Source of the DNA: the human T2T-CHM13v2.0 reference genome, Homo sapiens
Length of the DNA stretch: 64,000 nt
Assembly (NCBI RefSeq): GCF_009914755.1
Contig: NC_060927.1
Strand: one strand, 5' to 3'
The position numbers and the translations under genes are program-made. The notes below the pieces were generated by a model that had not been told where the DNA came from, searched no databases, and saw nothing but the letters and a program-made list of their open reading frames with translations. Shown here one piece after another: positions 1 through 13,957 of the stretch (positions within the stretch are counted from its first letter, which is position 1; the number at the start of each line of letters is the position of its first letter).

Positions 1-30
1 GTCTCAAAAAAGAAAAGAAAAGAAAAGAAA
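1..30 (+). mobile_element. 3' end and A-rich tail of an Alu
   Basis: GTCTC followed by (AAAAG)n. Confidence 0.7.
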
Positions 31-71
31 ATTCTGTAAGAAGGAGGTGGTGGTAGGGATTGCTGGGTAGG

Positions 72-570
72 TGTCTTAGTTTAGGGTAATGTAAGTGCAG
101 AACCTGAGCAAGGCCTTGGATGCAGGTGATTTATTTGGGAGGTGATCCCAGGAAGCAGGAGTGAGAGAGAGGGAAGAGTAAGATAGGCAGGGAAGAAAAG
201 TCAATGTAAGGGTGCTTTGAGCAATGGGGTTCGATTCTTTCTACTCTGAGATGCCCACAGAACATGTTCCAGAACTATCTACCTAAAGAACACCAGACTG
301 AGACATTTTCCCACCAGCTCTCCTCTCTTATTGGTTGAGGGTTACACCCGGGGCCATTCACTCCCTGGGATACACTTTGCAGGCTGCACTTGCAAGAGCA
401 GACCAGGCTCCCAAGGCTTTAGAGAAGACCCCAAGGCAGAAATGTGGAGAGGGTGGGGCTTGACCTGGATGTCGTGCAAGATGAATCTAAGCCCCCATGG
501 AAGTTCGGCCAGAGCTGGGGCTGATATCCAAGGAGGCCCAAGGATGCGACACTGGACACCGAAACATCTG
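72..570 (-). mobile_element. ERVL LTR16-like solo LTR
   Basis: TGTCTTAG...TTTATTTGGGAGGTGATCCCAGGAAGCA, the reverse complement of the LTR16 3' end. Confidence 0.65.
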
Positions 571-2209
571 CAATAAGAGCCAACCAACAAAGGTTCCCTC
601 AGGTCAGAGCCCAGCTCGCCTTGCCAAATGGCTCCCAGAGATCACTTCTGCAGCTGATGCAGTGGGCGCCCAGGGAGCACCTCCTTCCTGTGCAGAGGTT
701 GGCACTGGCCAGCTTCCCTTGGGGCTATGCCCACCCGCCAGCACCACCAGGAACATACCTCTGGGTGATCAAAGTTAGGTTTATTGGCAGGTGTAGCAAG
801 GAAGACCACCCACATGAGGAACCATGGGTGTCTCAGTAGGACAGTGTCCAAAGGAGCTTCTCAGGAGGTCAGGGCTTGGGTTAGGTGATTTGGGAAAAGA
901 TTGGGAAGCATGGTCTTGCTAGGGAGCTGTCAGAAACTGGGACAATTTTATAAACGGGCATCCTAATAATTTGTATCTAGGTGATTGTGGGAAGAACAGA
1001 GCAGGGCTGGAGCTGTACTTGATAAACACCCCTCATATTTGCCAGGAGAAGGAGCTATTTGGTCATTTTCACAGTGTGCTGGGTGTTCTTATTTCAGTGT
1101 GGTCTTGTTGTCTCACTCCACCACAGCCACAGATTGACCTTGTCTGATGTCGTGTTCTGTGAAGTTGTGTATGTTAAGTAAGGAGCGGGCTCCAGTCAGA
1201 CCTGGGGGTTGATGACTTTTTCTTTCTCAGGTCTCATAAGACACAGGCTCTGCACACTCAGAAGAGTGGCAGGCACCCATGGTAACACAGCTGCATGGCT
1301 CAAAGTAACAATCAAGACAGAAGAACAGGCACCGATCGATAGGACTCTTCTATCTCCTAAAGCTCTTTTGAAGTCTGGCAGAGACGTTTGAGTGGCTTCT
1401 GTCCACCTCCTCAGTGACTCACAGTGCGATGCTCATGGTTGAACCTGAGTGATGCCAGCAGCAAGGAAACTGACAGAGCTCGCCGATCCATTTCCTGTCA
1501 TTCACTTGAGGGTGACAAAGCATGATGGTGACAGCTCAGATAACATTCCTGGCACAAAATCCTTAAACTAAATGGAGCCTGGCTGCCAGGAAGGAGAGGA
1601 ACAGGCATTCCAGGGGCAGACTCTGCTGCTGGCTGCAGCCACACAGGAGAGCTTTAAACAAGATTCTGAACTTAGAGAGCAACAGGATTTGTGCACCACT
1701 GCTACACTGATCAATGCCAATAGTTGGCCCAGGCTGGAGGATGGGCCAGGCATCCTAACGCCATTGGGCAAATCCAAGGTTTAAGGAAGTCAGCACAGTT
1801 GGGGTACACACTAGAGAAAGCTACATGTTTTGAAGAATGTGCAGACTCCTTGAGCCCCCACAAAGCAGCCTCACCATCGGCATGTAGACAGTGCAAAGTT
1901 GAATGAGAATCTCATTAGAACTTCTGGAAGCTCATCTCTTTCTTACCAGACCCATGCTTAAGACTGGAGTCCTGGCAGAGGCTAATATTCCAGATATGAG
2001 CCAGAGACAACCTCGTCTGTGCCAGGGGCATGTCACCCAAACTGAGGTCATATAATTTAAAATATAACTCCAAAGTTCAGTAAGGTATGGCGGAGAAACC
2101 TCTGGTGCCTGTATCACATGTCCTCAGGCCTTCTCTGCTTTCCGCCACTGCTGCTGAACAGTTCTGTGCAGCCTCAGATCCCCTGAGCCCTGTGCTAAGT
2201 GTCTTCTGC

Positions 2210-2575
2210 ATTATGCACCAGGGTTTTCTCTGAAGGCAGAGTTACTCAAACATCCAGGGAGCAAGCACCCTGGCTTGCTAGGACAGTTAACACTCCCAGG
2301 ACAACTCTCAGTCACTGAGGGGATGGGAACCAGTGGATGGATGTCTGGCCTCTGTCTTTCAGGTGGATAATTATACAACGCATCCTGTATATTTTTTAAG
2401 AGGGTCAACAGAATCAAGTGGCAACTTTAACGTGTCCTTATATTGGCGCCTCCTTCTGCCCCATCTCACATCCTCACTCCCACACTCCTGCTTCCCAGGT
2501 TCACACCCCTCATGAACCACCTGCATCCAGTCCTTGTCTCATGCTCTGCTTTCAGGGAAACCCAAACTAAACCAC
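2210..2575 (+). mobile_element. ERVL LTR16-like solo LTR
   Basis: Ends TCCTTGTCTCATGCTCTGCTTTCAGGGAAACCCAAACTAA. Confidence 0.6.
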
Positions 2576-3184
2576 ACATGAGCACAGTCTTCCTTTATAA
2601 CACAGGCTTTCTAGACTAACATGGCTGATGCACATTCAGTCTCCAACTTAGGCCCTAGAACGGAAACAGGGCCCAGCCATCCAGACACCTGTGGGAATCC
2701 TGCCACAGGGCCCTTGGCCCCACTCTAGGGCTGGTCCTACATCCTAAACATAATCAAGAAATTCTTTCCAGTTTTCTTGGCTGGGTCCTTTCTAGCAGGA
2801 ACATTTTGATGGCATGTGACAGAAACTGAAATTGAACCGGTTTGGTCCTGTAGAAGCAGGGGAGATTACTGGAAAAATACTGAAGCATCACATGAAATTG
2901 AAGGAAGGGTTCCCCAATCCATGGGAAGGGCAGGGGTGCAGCTGGGCCTCAGGGGAAAAGCCATATTCCCGGCTTCTTCCACATGGAGGACTGTAGCCGC
3001 AAACAGCTCAGGAGGCCCATATGAAAGAAGACACATGCATATGCAAATATCATAATGAGAAAGTGTTTCTGCAAGCTCCAGGGAGGAAGAAGCTTTGTCA
3101 CTATTTTTTCAGTGATTAACTGGAGTGTCTAAAACAGTATCTGCAATATGGTATATGGGTAATAGACATTTGTTGAATGAATGA

Positions 3185-3848
<664 letters not shown>

Positions 3849-4322
3849 TGAAAAGGATTTTAAATTGTTTTTATGAGGGAAACATGTTATCTTGTTCATG
3901 TAATACTCTATAGCAGAACCCAGTAGGGAATAATAGATTCTGCATATATAGGAATACTCTTCTAACTCTGGAAAGAAAAGCATAATATTATATAGATTAA
4001 AAAGAAAAGTATTTATAGCAATAAATAATTGAAATGAAAGTATTACAGGAATAAAATATTTTAAATAAAAATTAGGTGGGAAAATTGACATTGTACTTGA
4101 TGAGTTGTGAGGCCTATGGCTTGTAATTTTTCTGAGAAAGTTAGAGAAGCATGAAATGAGTATATTCACAGTGTTTGCTGTTGTTGTTGTTGCTATATAT
4201 TTACCATTGTGTTTCCTCTTCAGAATGTGGCTTTTCATACATAAATACATTTGCACAGAGTAAATTTTGGATGAATTTGAACCAGGGGGTAGAAGATATA
4301 TCTTATATTCCAGCAAAGACTG

Positions 4323-4324
<2 letters not shown>

Positions 4325-4362
<38 letters not shown>
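4325..4362. repeat. (GT)19 microsatellite
   Basis: Uninterrupted GT run. Confidence 0.97.
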
Positions 4363-4363
<1 letters not shown>

Positions 4364-4479
4364 TGTTTGTAAGACCTTCTGCTAAAGGATGCTTGCAGAC
4401 AAAGTCCTTATCAGCCATGACACAGAAATATGGATCAATAAGTGTGTATTGAATGGATGAACAAGAAAAGAGAAAAGCA

Positions 4480-4650
4480 GCAATTTAGACTGTGTGCCTA
4501 ACACTGTGCAAGGTGCTTAGCACATGTCTTTTCATTTAATCCTCACAACCACCCTGCAAGGTGATTTTCATCATGTCTAATTTACAGAAGGAGAAACTGT
4601 GGCTTGCCCAAGGTCACAAAACTAACAAAGGATTCAAATCCAGGAACGTC
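4480..4650. mobile_element. MIR
   Basis: CATTTAATCCTCACAACCACCCTG...GAGAAACTGTGGCTTGCCCAAGGTCAC core. Confidence 0.75.
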
Positions 4651-4706
4651 AGATCATGATGCCTTTGCCGTCTGCATTGAGCGCCGCAGCCCTAATTGGT
4701 TAGCTT

Positions 4707-4722
4707 GCGCCACCTAGTGGCA
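4707..4722 (-). promoter_or_regulatory. CTCF motif
   Basis: Minus strand TGCCACTAGGTGGCGC matches CCASYAGRKGGCRS. Confidence 0.75.
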
Positions 4723-5479
4723 GAACTAAAACAGGAACCAGGTCAGCCTGCAACAAATATTAAAGCAGCAGGCTGCACCCTTCAACGGGGCTTGTGAAAC
4801 CTGGAGAAGCACAGGCACGCCTGTGACCCACACTCACTCCAACCCCACAACTGATAAAAGACAACGCAAGGCCCAGAATCAGATAACCTGGGAAAGTGTG
4901 TTGTAAATGAAGCATCATTTCCTCTTGAAATACATTTTTTGTCTTCCTGTACTGGGAACATAAAAGTCCCTCACCATCCCCTTGACCTCTCAGCATTTCC
5001 AGGGCTTCCCTCGACCTCAGTCTGCTGTCCCCCTCCCGGACCCAGCACCTTTTTAGCACTGAGGATCTAACCTTGTGCTCATGAGGCCTGGCTTGGTGGC
5101 GACACGTCACCCAGCACACACAGGGGCTGTCCCAGGAACGAAGTGGCATGCACATGTGGCACTCCAGGCTTCCAGCTCATCTGTGAACAGCTGCGGTCAT
5201 TTGGTGGCGAAAACTCTACAGCCCACCTACCAGCCTCCTAGCCGCAGTCCCACCTGCTCCATTTTCACTACAGTCGTTTTTGAAGAGGGGCGGTGTTTCT
5301 CCTGCAGTTTACTGACAATGTTTACAGAGAAGCTATCGTTCAAGCTACTGTTCACTGCCTCCCTCCCCCGCTCAAAACACATGAAAAGTTATTCTGCCCT
5401 AGAAAATATAGGTGCCTTAGCCAGCAGGCAAATAAACATCCTCGTGGTCTATGCCCTGCTTTTGTGGTCTAATTCATTT

Positions 5480-5585
5480 TCTCCCTCATTCTCTCTCTCA
5501 TTCTCTCTCTTATTCTCTCTCTCATGCTCTTTCTCTCTCATTCCTTCTCTCCCTTCCTCGTTCTCTGTATCTGTATCTCTGTCTT
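5480..5585. repeat. CT-rich low-complexity tract
   Basis: Degenerate (CT)n/(CATTCTCTCT)n. Confidence 0.85.
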
Positions 5586-6751
5586 TCATAAGCCGAAACA
5601 CACATACACACTGTGATATAAGAACATATAAAATCACGTGTAAGGATATTGGAATACAATTTAAGGTGAGTGCAAAAAAGGGCAGAGAATGGGCAGTGCA
5701 GAAAAGCTGGAGTTGTCGGGGGAGAAGACTGCTGGGCCCCGGATGATGAGCCCTTCTCTGAACAGCATCCAGTTTGGACACAGTAGAGAACACTGACAAT
5801 CCCAGGTCATTGTGCCTTCAGTTCCTTAGAGGAAAAAAAGACAGCTTGAAGACAAAATCACTGTGAGAGTCACAGAAATGACAATGAGGCATCTGTTTTT
5901 ACTTGAAATAGGTATGCATTTTTAAATGCCTCGCTTACCTCAGGTGGGTGGTGAATTCTAACGTACTTTCATGCCAGTTACTTCTGCACACCAGTGGGAG
6001 GCATCCCTGAGTGCTCTCTGACAGCTGAACGGATCTTCTCAGAGATGCCCTTATTCCAGCACTATTTCTGCAATGTATAGAAAGCACTATCCTTGGAATC
6101 AGTTTCCTGCACTTGGGAATGAGGCGATGGAGACTGAGGAGCCCCAGACGGGAGCCAAACAGAACCTTGGCTGGGGTGGGCTCCTCGTCAATGTGTGTGT
6201 GGATGGGGCATGGCCAGGCAGGGCAGAACTTCCTGACCAGCTAGGAGTCTGTGGAAAGCAGACTGGTTAATAACATGGACCATTCCAGCTCCTATCATTA
6301 TGCATGGCACATAGCAAGAACTTAACAAATATTGATTAAATGAAGAGGAGTAGCAGACACTTACTTCACATTTTTCCACATGCCAGGCCTTGTTCTAAGT
6401 GCTTTTCTTATGCTAACTCATTTTGTCCTTTCAACACTCCAGTGAGGCCGGTGCTGTTACTCTCCCCATTTCACAGATGGGAAGACCGGACAGAGAGAGG
6501 CTAAAATGCCCAGAATCAAACTAGAAAAAGGCAAAGCAAGGATGTACATGAGTATGAAGCAGGTGCTGTGCTAACTGCTTACAATTGTTATTTCATTTGA
6601 CCCTCATAGCACCCTGTGAAAGAATATCATTGTCCCCATTTTATAGAAGAAACTGATGCTCAGAGAGGTTAAAACAATTCCCACTAATAAGTGGCAGACT
6701 TAGGATTTGAACCAAGGACAATCTGACTTCAGACATAGCCATAGGGGATTA

Positions 6752-6767
6752 GCGCCCCCTATTGCCC
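6752..6767 (-). promoter_or_regulatory. CTCF-like motif
   Basis: Minus strand GGGCAATAGGGGGCGC; core AGGGGGCGC intact. Confidence 0.5.
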
Positions 6768-7964
6768 ACTCTAGTGAGTTCTTAGGCTGTTGGGGAGCAG
6801 CCTGGCAGTGTCCAGGGTTGTCCTATATGCCTGCTGGACCCTGGCTGACTGGGCCCTGACAACCAGCATCCTGGAACTGGCCAGAGGTGCAGGGACAGGC
6901 TGGGGAGGGGTGCAAAGGCCCTATCTGCTCCCTTCCAGTCGTCTGGGGCGTTCTCACATTGGCAAGGGCAGAGTGCTCCCTTCCTCTGAGTGGATCAGGG
7001 ATGACATTGATAGGCCCCTGGAAACCAGAACTGCTGGCTTCTTCTGGCCTGTGTCTCAGATGCTGACCTCTGGGGAGTGAGAGTCGGTTGGAAATCCAGC
7101 CCTTTCCTCCTCTCTGAGCCCATCTCCTCTGGAGGGGTGCTTTCCTCTTGGCACCTTTGTGCCACATGGGAAATTCAAGTGTCCTTTGGTCCTGCTGGAG
7201 AAATAATCCTGCCAACAAAAAGACCCCTTCGTACCAACACAGGAGAGAGAGGGCCCAATTTGTCACTGGGTAAGCATTAACAGACTTGCGTGAAAGTGAT
7301 GCCAAAGTCTGGACAGAATTTCACACAAATTTATAAAGTAGAAGAAAGAGCAATAAAAACTTCTCTTTTTATCTCCTTGAGTGACAAATGGATGGGTCTT
7401 GTGATTGTTTCCTGTGCACCTCCAGAGACTCCTGATTTAATTTCCAAGGTGTGTGTTAGTATTCTAAGGATTAGAACGTCCTAGACTTTGCATTATAAAA
7501 TCTAAAAGTCAAGAAGGCTCCCTAAAGGGTGCCTCCCACCTCAAAGGAAGTAGCATCATTTTATCCTTACTGTGTCTTCTGAAAAACCACCAATATTATT
7601 CCCCAAAAACACCTCTTTTTAACAAAAATTTAATGACATGACCCTTCCCATTTCTCTGTGCATCACTTGGTGGAAATCTACAGTGAGTAGAGTTTACCAA
7701 AAACTTCATGTTTATTACCTATATTTTTCCACTACCCTGGGAACCTCCTTTTATTGATGCAGAAACAGGTGCTAAATAGTTCTCCTAAAATTGATGTGGG
7801 AGAGCTGAGGCTTGAACCCAGATATTTGACATCCACTGTCTCTTCTCTACTCTCAAAGAATGTATATATAGACATTCTATAGCAAGCAAAGAAAGGTAAT
7901 AGAAAAAAAGATGAAGTTAGTAGATGCGTTATTTCTTCAGTGCGTGAGCACCATGCCACATTCT

Positions 7965-8500
7965 AGAATAGAACTGTTCAAGAGAACTTGCTGTGAAGAT
8001 AGAAATGTTATTTGAGCCATCCAGTAGGGTTACCTCAAGCCACAGCACATGTGCGCATGTGTACCTGAAATGTGGTAGTGTGACTACTAAGGCACTGGCT
8101 TCTTAATTTAATTTTATACATTTTAATTTAAATTCAGGGCTGAGCACGGAGGCTCACACCTATAAGTGTGCCGGAGGCCCAGCACTTTGGGAGGCTGAGG
8201 CAGGAGGATTGCTTGAGGCCAGAGGTTTGAGACCAGCCTGGGCAACATGGCAAGACCCTGTCTCTATAAAATATAAAAAATTGGCTGGACATGGTAGCAC
8301 GTGCCTATAGTTCCAGCTACTTGGGAGGCTGACCGCAGGAGCTGGAGGCTGCAGTGAGCTATGACTGCACCACTGCAGTCCGGCCTCGGTGACAGAGAAA
8401 GACCTTGTCTCAAAATAAGTAAATAAATAAATACATAAATAAATAAATTTACATTTAGAAAGCCACACATAGCTAGTGGCTACCATGCTGAACAGCACAA
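7965..8500. mobile_element. MER3-like hAT-Charlie element split by an AluJ
   Basis: GATAGAAATGTT...AGCCACA...TGAAATGTGG [Alu] AGCCACACATAGCTAGTGGCTACCATGCTGAACAGCACA. Confidence 0.65.
8138..8447 (+). mobile_element. AluJ with (TAAA)n tail
   Basis: GGATTGCTTGAGGCCAG...GCAAGACCCTGTCTC; internal indels. Confidence 0.92.
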
Positions 8501-10264
8501 AAGCCCTGCTAGGCACATCTTGAGATGTCACTGAGGCCAGTAACTGACTGGCTGTTTGCTTCAGACCTTGGGGTGAAGATCCTGCAAATGTCAGCTGCCC
8601 GGCACTCACATGAAGTAGGCTGCCCCTTGGGAAGGGGAACACATGATCGCAGAGGGTTTCTGGCTGCACTGCCCTCCTGCAAGCTGGCGTGGGCTTGGGC
8701 CTGCCAGCACCAGAGTCCCATGACTCTAGCTCCCCCAGAGGCCCTGGCGCTGTCTATTCACCACCATCCTAGGACTGCTGCTGCTCGCTCTGCTCCTCCT
8801 CTTCCTCCTCCCCATCCCCCAGCCCAGAAGGGCAGCAGTCCTCTCGAGTTTGCCCCTTCAGACAAACCAGGACAGCTTCATCCAAGTATAGAAATAGTCA
8901 CCTGCTTTCTCAAAGTCACATCAGAACAGAGCTGAGAGGAACCTTAGAAGTCATTCCTTCATTCCTCCTACCGCCACCCCATTTTACAGTTGAGAAGCCA
9001 AGACCTAGAGAGGTGATCAGTATCATCTTTGGCCTCTTTGCCCAGGGCAGTGACCCACTGAGTCCACAGATGGGGCAGGAACACGTGTGTGTGCAGGAAA
9101 AACAGGAACCATCTGGCTGGGGTCAGGCATTCCTTCTGCCTCTTTATGTCCACAGGATAGTTTTTTAAATTGATGATGAGGAAGGTGCATGTTTGGCAAA
9201 GAGGACAAAGCTTCCAATCGTTTAACTGCCAAAACATACATTGGGGTCACTTATTGGTGAGAAACATTTCTGTCCTGTCCTTACAGATTCTCTGTAACAT
9301 AATTCTAGTTTTTAAACCCTCCCTTGCACAGAGATTAGGCCCCAGTTCTCATAAATAAAAAATGCTTGGAGCATATTTATTGATTGCACGACACCGTTTA
9401 TCCATTTTGAAGTGAGTAGTACTAACCATCTTAACACTTTTCCAAGCAGAAAGTTCTCCTTCATGGCTAACTTCACTGACTTTTTCCCCCTCTAACTCAG
9501 CGTGGTATGGAGAGAGCTTAGCCAAGCCAGATGGACAAGTCACTGATAGGCCACATTCTGCTAGGAATATGTAAGCTATATATGGCAGACTTTGTTTAAG
9601 GTCCAAAGTTCAAGGTTTCAGCTATGGTCACGCGGATCATATCAGACTTGAAGTGAGAGCTGCTGTCCTGATTTGAAACAGTCTGCATAACAAACTGTTG
9701 GGCACCACTGAAATGTATCAGGGAACTCGCTGCAAAAAAAAAAAAACACTCAAAATGAATCATCCCAAAGTTCTAGCAACCAGGAAACAGACACAGTAAG
9801 GTGAGTAGTCTACGTTCCCGTGGGCATTCTAGCTCATTTTTAATGACATCTTATGAGTATATGGCTCCATTTCTCTCCATAATTAGAGTTAATAAATACC
9901 TTCAAGAGGATGTTTATGGCAGACTTTGGAATATTAACTCGTTATTATCAGAGTTATGTTGCTGAAGGTGAAGCCTGGTTTTGAATACAGAAACCACAGC
10001 CAATGCCTCACTCACCTCAAAATGCAAATGTAGCAAAAATTAATCCCATGGGACTGTTGTCTCATGTCTGGCCAGAAAGATGAGAATAACTAATTTGTTT
10101 GAAAGTTTCAACTGCTTCCATCTTATGCCTTGGAAAGTTTTTCAATTATTCAAACACTACCATAAAAGAAAGACAATGGCATTTGGAGTCAAAAGTATTT
10201 GTATTGAAATGCCAAGCCAGTCATTTAATGACTGTGATAGATTAAATTACTTTTCAAAATTCTT

Positions 10265-10621
10265 CACTCCTTCCCTCCACCACCTCCATGGAAGAATTGT
10301 ATTTCCCTGCCCTTGACTTTAGCTCAGCCATGTGATCATTCTGGCCAATGAAACACTGGCAGATCGGATGCAAGCCATGACTTCAAATGTGCATGTGCAG
10401 TGGGACTTGGCACCTGCACCTGTTCCAGCTGGTTCACTGGCCCAAGAAGGAAGAGAAACGTAAGACTGGACCCAGACTTAATCTGCAGTTTAGAGCCACT
10501 CAGCCAAACCCAACCAAGATCAGCCAACCCCCAGCTGACCAACAGACACTTAAACAAGAATAAATGACTTTTGTTTTAAGTTTTGGGGTGGCTTGTAGTG
10601 TAACAACTCCTGATTGATACA
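10265..10621 (+). mobile_element. MaLR MLT1-type LTR
   Basis: GCCATGTGA..TTCTGGCCAATG and terminal AATAAATG..TTTTAAG..TTTTGGGGTGG..TGATACA. Confidence 0.65.
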
Positions 10622-10758
10622 TTGGCAAAGACTTAGTTTCAGTTACTATGAGGATTATGATACCAACTTCATAGTGTGATCTAAACAATGCGATGCTATG
10701 ATCCCTTTACTCATTGAAGACCAATAATGTCCCACTCCTGCCTTGACTTCCCCAGTGA

Positions 10759-11290
10759 TGTATGTTACAATTTAGCTAAACTGGGCCTACATTTCCCAGT
10801 ATTCCCTTCTCTGGTGGTCCTGGGTTAGCACTGACCACAAGAGAATTTTTCTGCAAGATATGGAAGCCAGAAGTAAAGCAGCAGACATGTTTTTTTAGGC
10901 TCTGAAGGCTGGAGCAGGATCCCAGGAACAGTGGGTGCTTATGCATGTTGCAATCTGCTAGCTTGCCTTGTTCTGGGCCAAGTGCTTATGCAACTCTGTG
11001 GAGACGGGTGCCAGCTTCCCCTAGAAGTCACCCACAGCATTAAGGTTGGAGGTAGTGAGACAGATGTAGGTTCCGGTTTGTATTTTCTCTTGTTCACACC
11101 AAGCTTCCTTTTACGACTACCAGTTTGGCCGACCAATTACTACTTTAGGATCAACATCAGATGCAGAAATAACCGCCTTCCCTTGATGCCTCCACTAGCT
11201 CCCACGCCGTGTAAAGTCTAATCCTTATAACACATCTCCATTCTCTCTCACTCATGGTTCTTCAGCTTCTTGGGATTGAACCCTGATACA
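10759..11290 (+). mobile_element. ERVL MLT2-type LTR
   Basis: TG...TAGCTAAACTGGG..TTTCCCAGTATTCCCTT...GAACCCTGATACA. Confidence 0.55.
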
Positions 11291-12191
11291 TTGTGGCTGA
11301 GTCCATTGTTGTCTAAACCTGTAAATTCAGGCAAGTACCTCACAACATAGTCTTGAGTAATTTATTATGGAGCAAGAAACACGTAAGATTAAACTATTAT
11401 TTATTGAGCCCTTACTAGGTGCAAAATCTGTGCTAAGTGCTTTACATGCGTTATCTCATTTAATCTCATAAAATGGTCCCCAATCCCCTATCCAGTATGC
11501 TTTACTCTCATCACCATCATCAGTTGGTGGTTCGGAGATACCTGCTAGCTACAGTAATGCTCTAAGTCCTCACTGCCATTAGGAATTGTACACTGGGACC
11601 CAACATCCTCTGGGGTGGACCCGGTGGCCTGTGCTGTCCTAAAGTACACACAGGTAGTGCCCATTAAGGGTTTGCTTTCCCCTGTTCCTCATTCTCAACT
11701 TTGGCATTAATTTTTGTCCAAAGATACAATCTTTGACCCTATCAAACATTCAGTTCCCCTCTAAGTATGAAGTCTGGCCCCAAATATTTGCCTAGTGACT
11801 GGGTCCTGATACCAAGGTCAGATCTCACATGGAAATTGCCCCAAGTGTCGATCCTCCTGGACTGAAGCAATGCTGGTGGCCCTGTGCACTTATTGGGATC
11901 TCCTACTCCTTACTGGGCATGTACCCCCATTTGGGAGCTACTTCATATACCAAATCAAGTACCTCTCACTTGCCACAACTGGGACTGAGATGGCTATCTT
12001 CCTTGGAAACAGACTGCTGGGCCTACCTGTGCCTCTGCAATCTACATTGGTAGCTAGGTTAGTTTCCCGGCATTTGTCCTGTCTCAGCAGGTGCTGTGGC
12101 AAAGTTTTCCAGGTTGTACAAAGATGAAAATTAGTAGGGTTTCTAATTAAGATATTCAAGTGGATTTGAGTGGCTTTTCAGTATCAGTAAC

Positions 12192-12600
12192 TGTGGTAGT
12201 TTTGTACTATATTAACTTGGCCAAGCTGGGACTATTTCCCAGTATTCTCTTCCCAATATGGTTCTGGGTTACAGATGAGTAAAAACAAGAAATTGGTGCA
12301 AGGTTTGAAAGGCAGAAAGGAGGCAGCAGCTGTGACTGGAGAGCGCTACAGTGTAAGGTGGTGAGAGACAGCTGCAGAGGCGCTGGTGGGTTGGCTTTCA
12401 TCTTCCGTCTTTCCTGCTGCATGCCTGGTGCTTCTTCCTGCCAGCTTTACTGACCAACAGCAACTCCAACCCCATTACCGATGCTCGGCTGCAAGCTCAG
12501 AGGTAATCTCACCAGGGAAGCAAAGACCCTTCCAGACTTCTTCACTAGCCCCTTCCAGGGTTTCCACTCCTGCAGCTGGACATTCCTAACTTCCAAATTT
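12192..12600 (+). mobile_element. Second MLT2-type LTR (partial)
   Basis: TGTGGTAG...TTGGCCAAGCTGGGACTATTTCCCAGTATTCTCTT, homologous to the 10759 copy. Confidence 0.5.
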
Positions 12601-13308
12601 CCCCAAAGTTCGAACTTGTCCACCTGTGCCAGGGCTTGAAGAGGACGTGCCTTTTTTCCCCCTAATTTGAGTGGTAAAGTCTGAAGACTGAAAAACAACT
12701 TTCCTTTTTAAAATGCTAACTTGTTTTCCTAGAATTTGAACAATATTCATTCATACATTACAAAGAATTGTGTTTCGTTCTGAGTTCTAGGGCTCTTCTG
12801 TAAGTGCATCTCTGCAAGTATGTAGAGAAAGGTGGAGATTCCCCCCACTCTACTTCCACTGTATTTTAAGCCTTTTGTGGAATTGTGATTTCTCTTTTGT
12901 GTGTCCTTTGTTTTAAACTCTTAGCAAGGAATAATTTGTAAACTGGTTTCCCAGTCAAATATGTAATCATGGCAATTTGCTAGGTAAAAAGCAGGGAATG
13001 GCAGGCATCCTCAAATGGAGTTAAAGAAATCCTAATTACTTACACCTGCAGAAGCTGTTGCTTTTGTAAGGTATGTAATTAGCAGCCAGCGTGTGCTGGA
13101 AAATGTGATTGTCTGTTTAAATACGGGATGCAGCCCGGAGGCCGCCCAGTTTAGAGCTCTCCCGCTGTGTACATTAGCCCAGCCTGGGCTCTCCTGGCAC
13201 TTGTTAAGGCTGACTGCATGCCTAAATGCAGTGTGTGGCCAATTGAGCCCCCTTTCCTTGGTCCATGTGCAAAGCAGGTGTGATCATTTTAAAAAATTGG
13301 CTCCTTTT

Positions 13309-13596
13309 GGCTGGGTGCTGTGGCTCATGCCTGTAATCCCAGCACTTTGGGAGGCCGAAGCTGGCGAATCATGAGGTCAGGAGATCGAGACCATCCTGGC
13401 TCACACGGTGAAACCCTGTCTCTACTAAAAAATATAAAAAATTAGCCAGGCATGGTGGCGGGCGCCTGTAGTCCCAGCTACTCAGGAGGCTGAGGCAGGA
13501 GAATGGCATGAACCTGGCAGGCGGAGCTTGCAGTGGAGATCGCGCCACTGCACACCAGCCTGGGTGACACAGCGAGACTCCGTCTAAAAAAAAAAA
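13309..13596 (+). mobile_element. AluY
   Basis: GAGACCATCCTGGCT, AGAATGGC, GGAGCTTGCAGTG diagnostics; TSD AAAAA(T)TGGYTCCTTTT. Confidence 0.95.
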
Positions 13597-13642
13597 TGGT
13601 TCCTTTTAACTTAGTGATTATGAACTTTCTGCTTTTCTAGCC

Positions 13643-13930
13643 CAGTGGTTCTAGGCCTTGGCTACATGTTAGAATCGCTAGGGAGACTTTTTAAAAAATC
13701 CTGATGCCCAAGTTGCACCCAAATCAATTAAGTCAGACTCACTGGGGCATCAAATTTTTAAAGCGCCCGAAGCGATTACAAATGTGCTGTCAAGTTTGAA
13801 AACCAGTGGTTCCCAAACTTTTAACTGCATGCGAATCAGCAAGCAGGCTTGTTAAAACACAGGTTGCTGGGCCCTACCCCTAGATTCAATAAGAGGGAGG
13901 CAAGGGTGTCCAAAACTTTGCACTTCTCAT
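13643..13930. mobile_element. Two adjacent MER5A-like elements
   Basis: CAGTGGTTCT...GTTTGAAAACCAGTG immediately followed by a second CAGTGGTTCCCAAACTT unit. Confidence 0.65.
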
Positions 13931-13957
13931 ATTTATGCCAAGAATACTGTCAATGTT

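Noticed and set aside
5075-5746. 223-aa plus-strand ORF
   Set aside because: Non-ATG start; length inflated by a stop-poor CT tract; no recognisable family
6741-6762. ATAGGGG...CCCCTAT hairpin
   Set aside because: A 7-bp stem is expected by chance; better explained as overlapping a CTCF-like motif
11500-12190. Possible retroviral protease/pol frame
   Set aside because: Only a weak DVGSQCTI resemblance; no sustained homology recovered by hand
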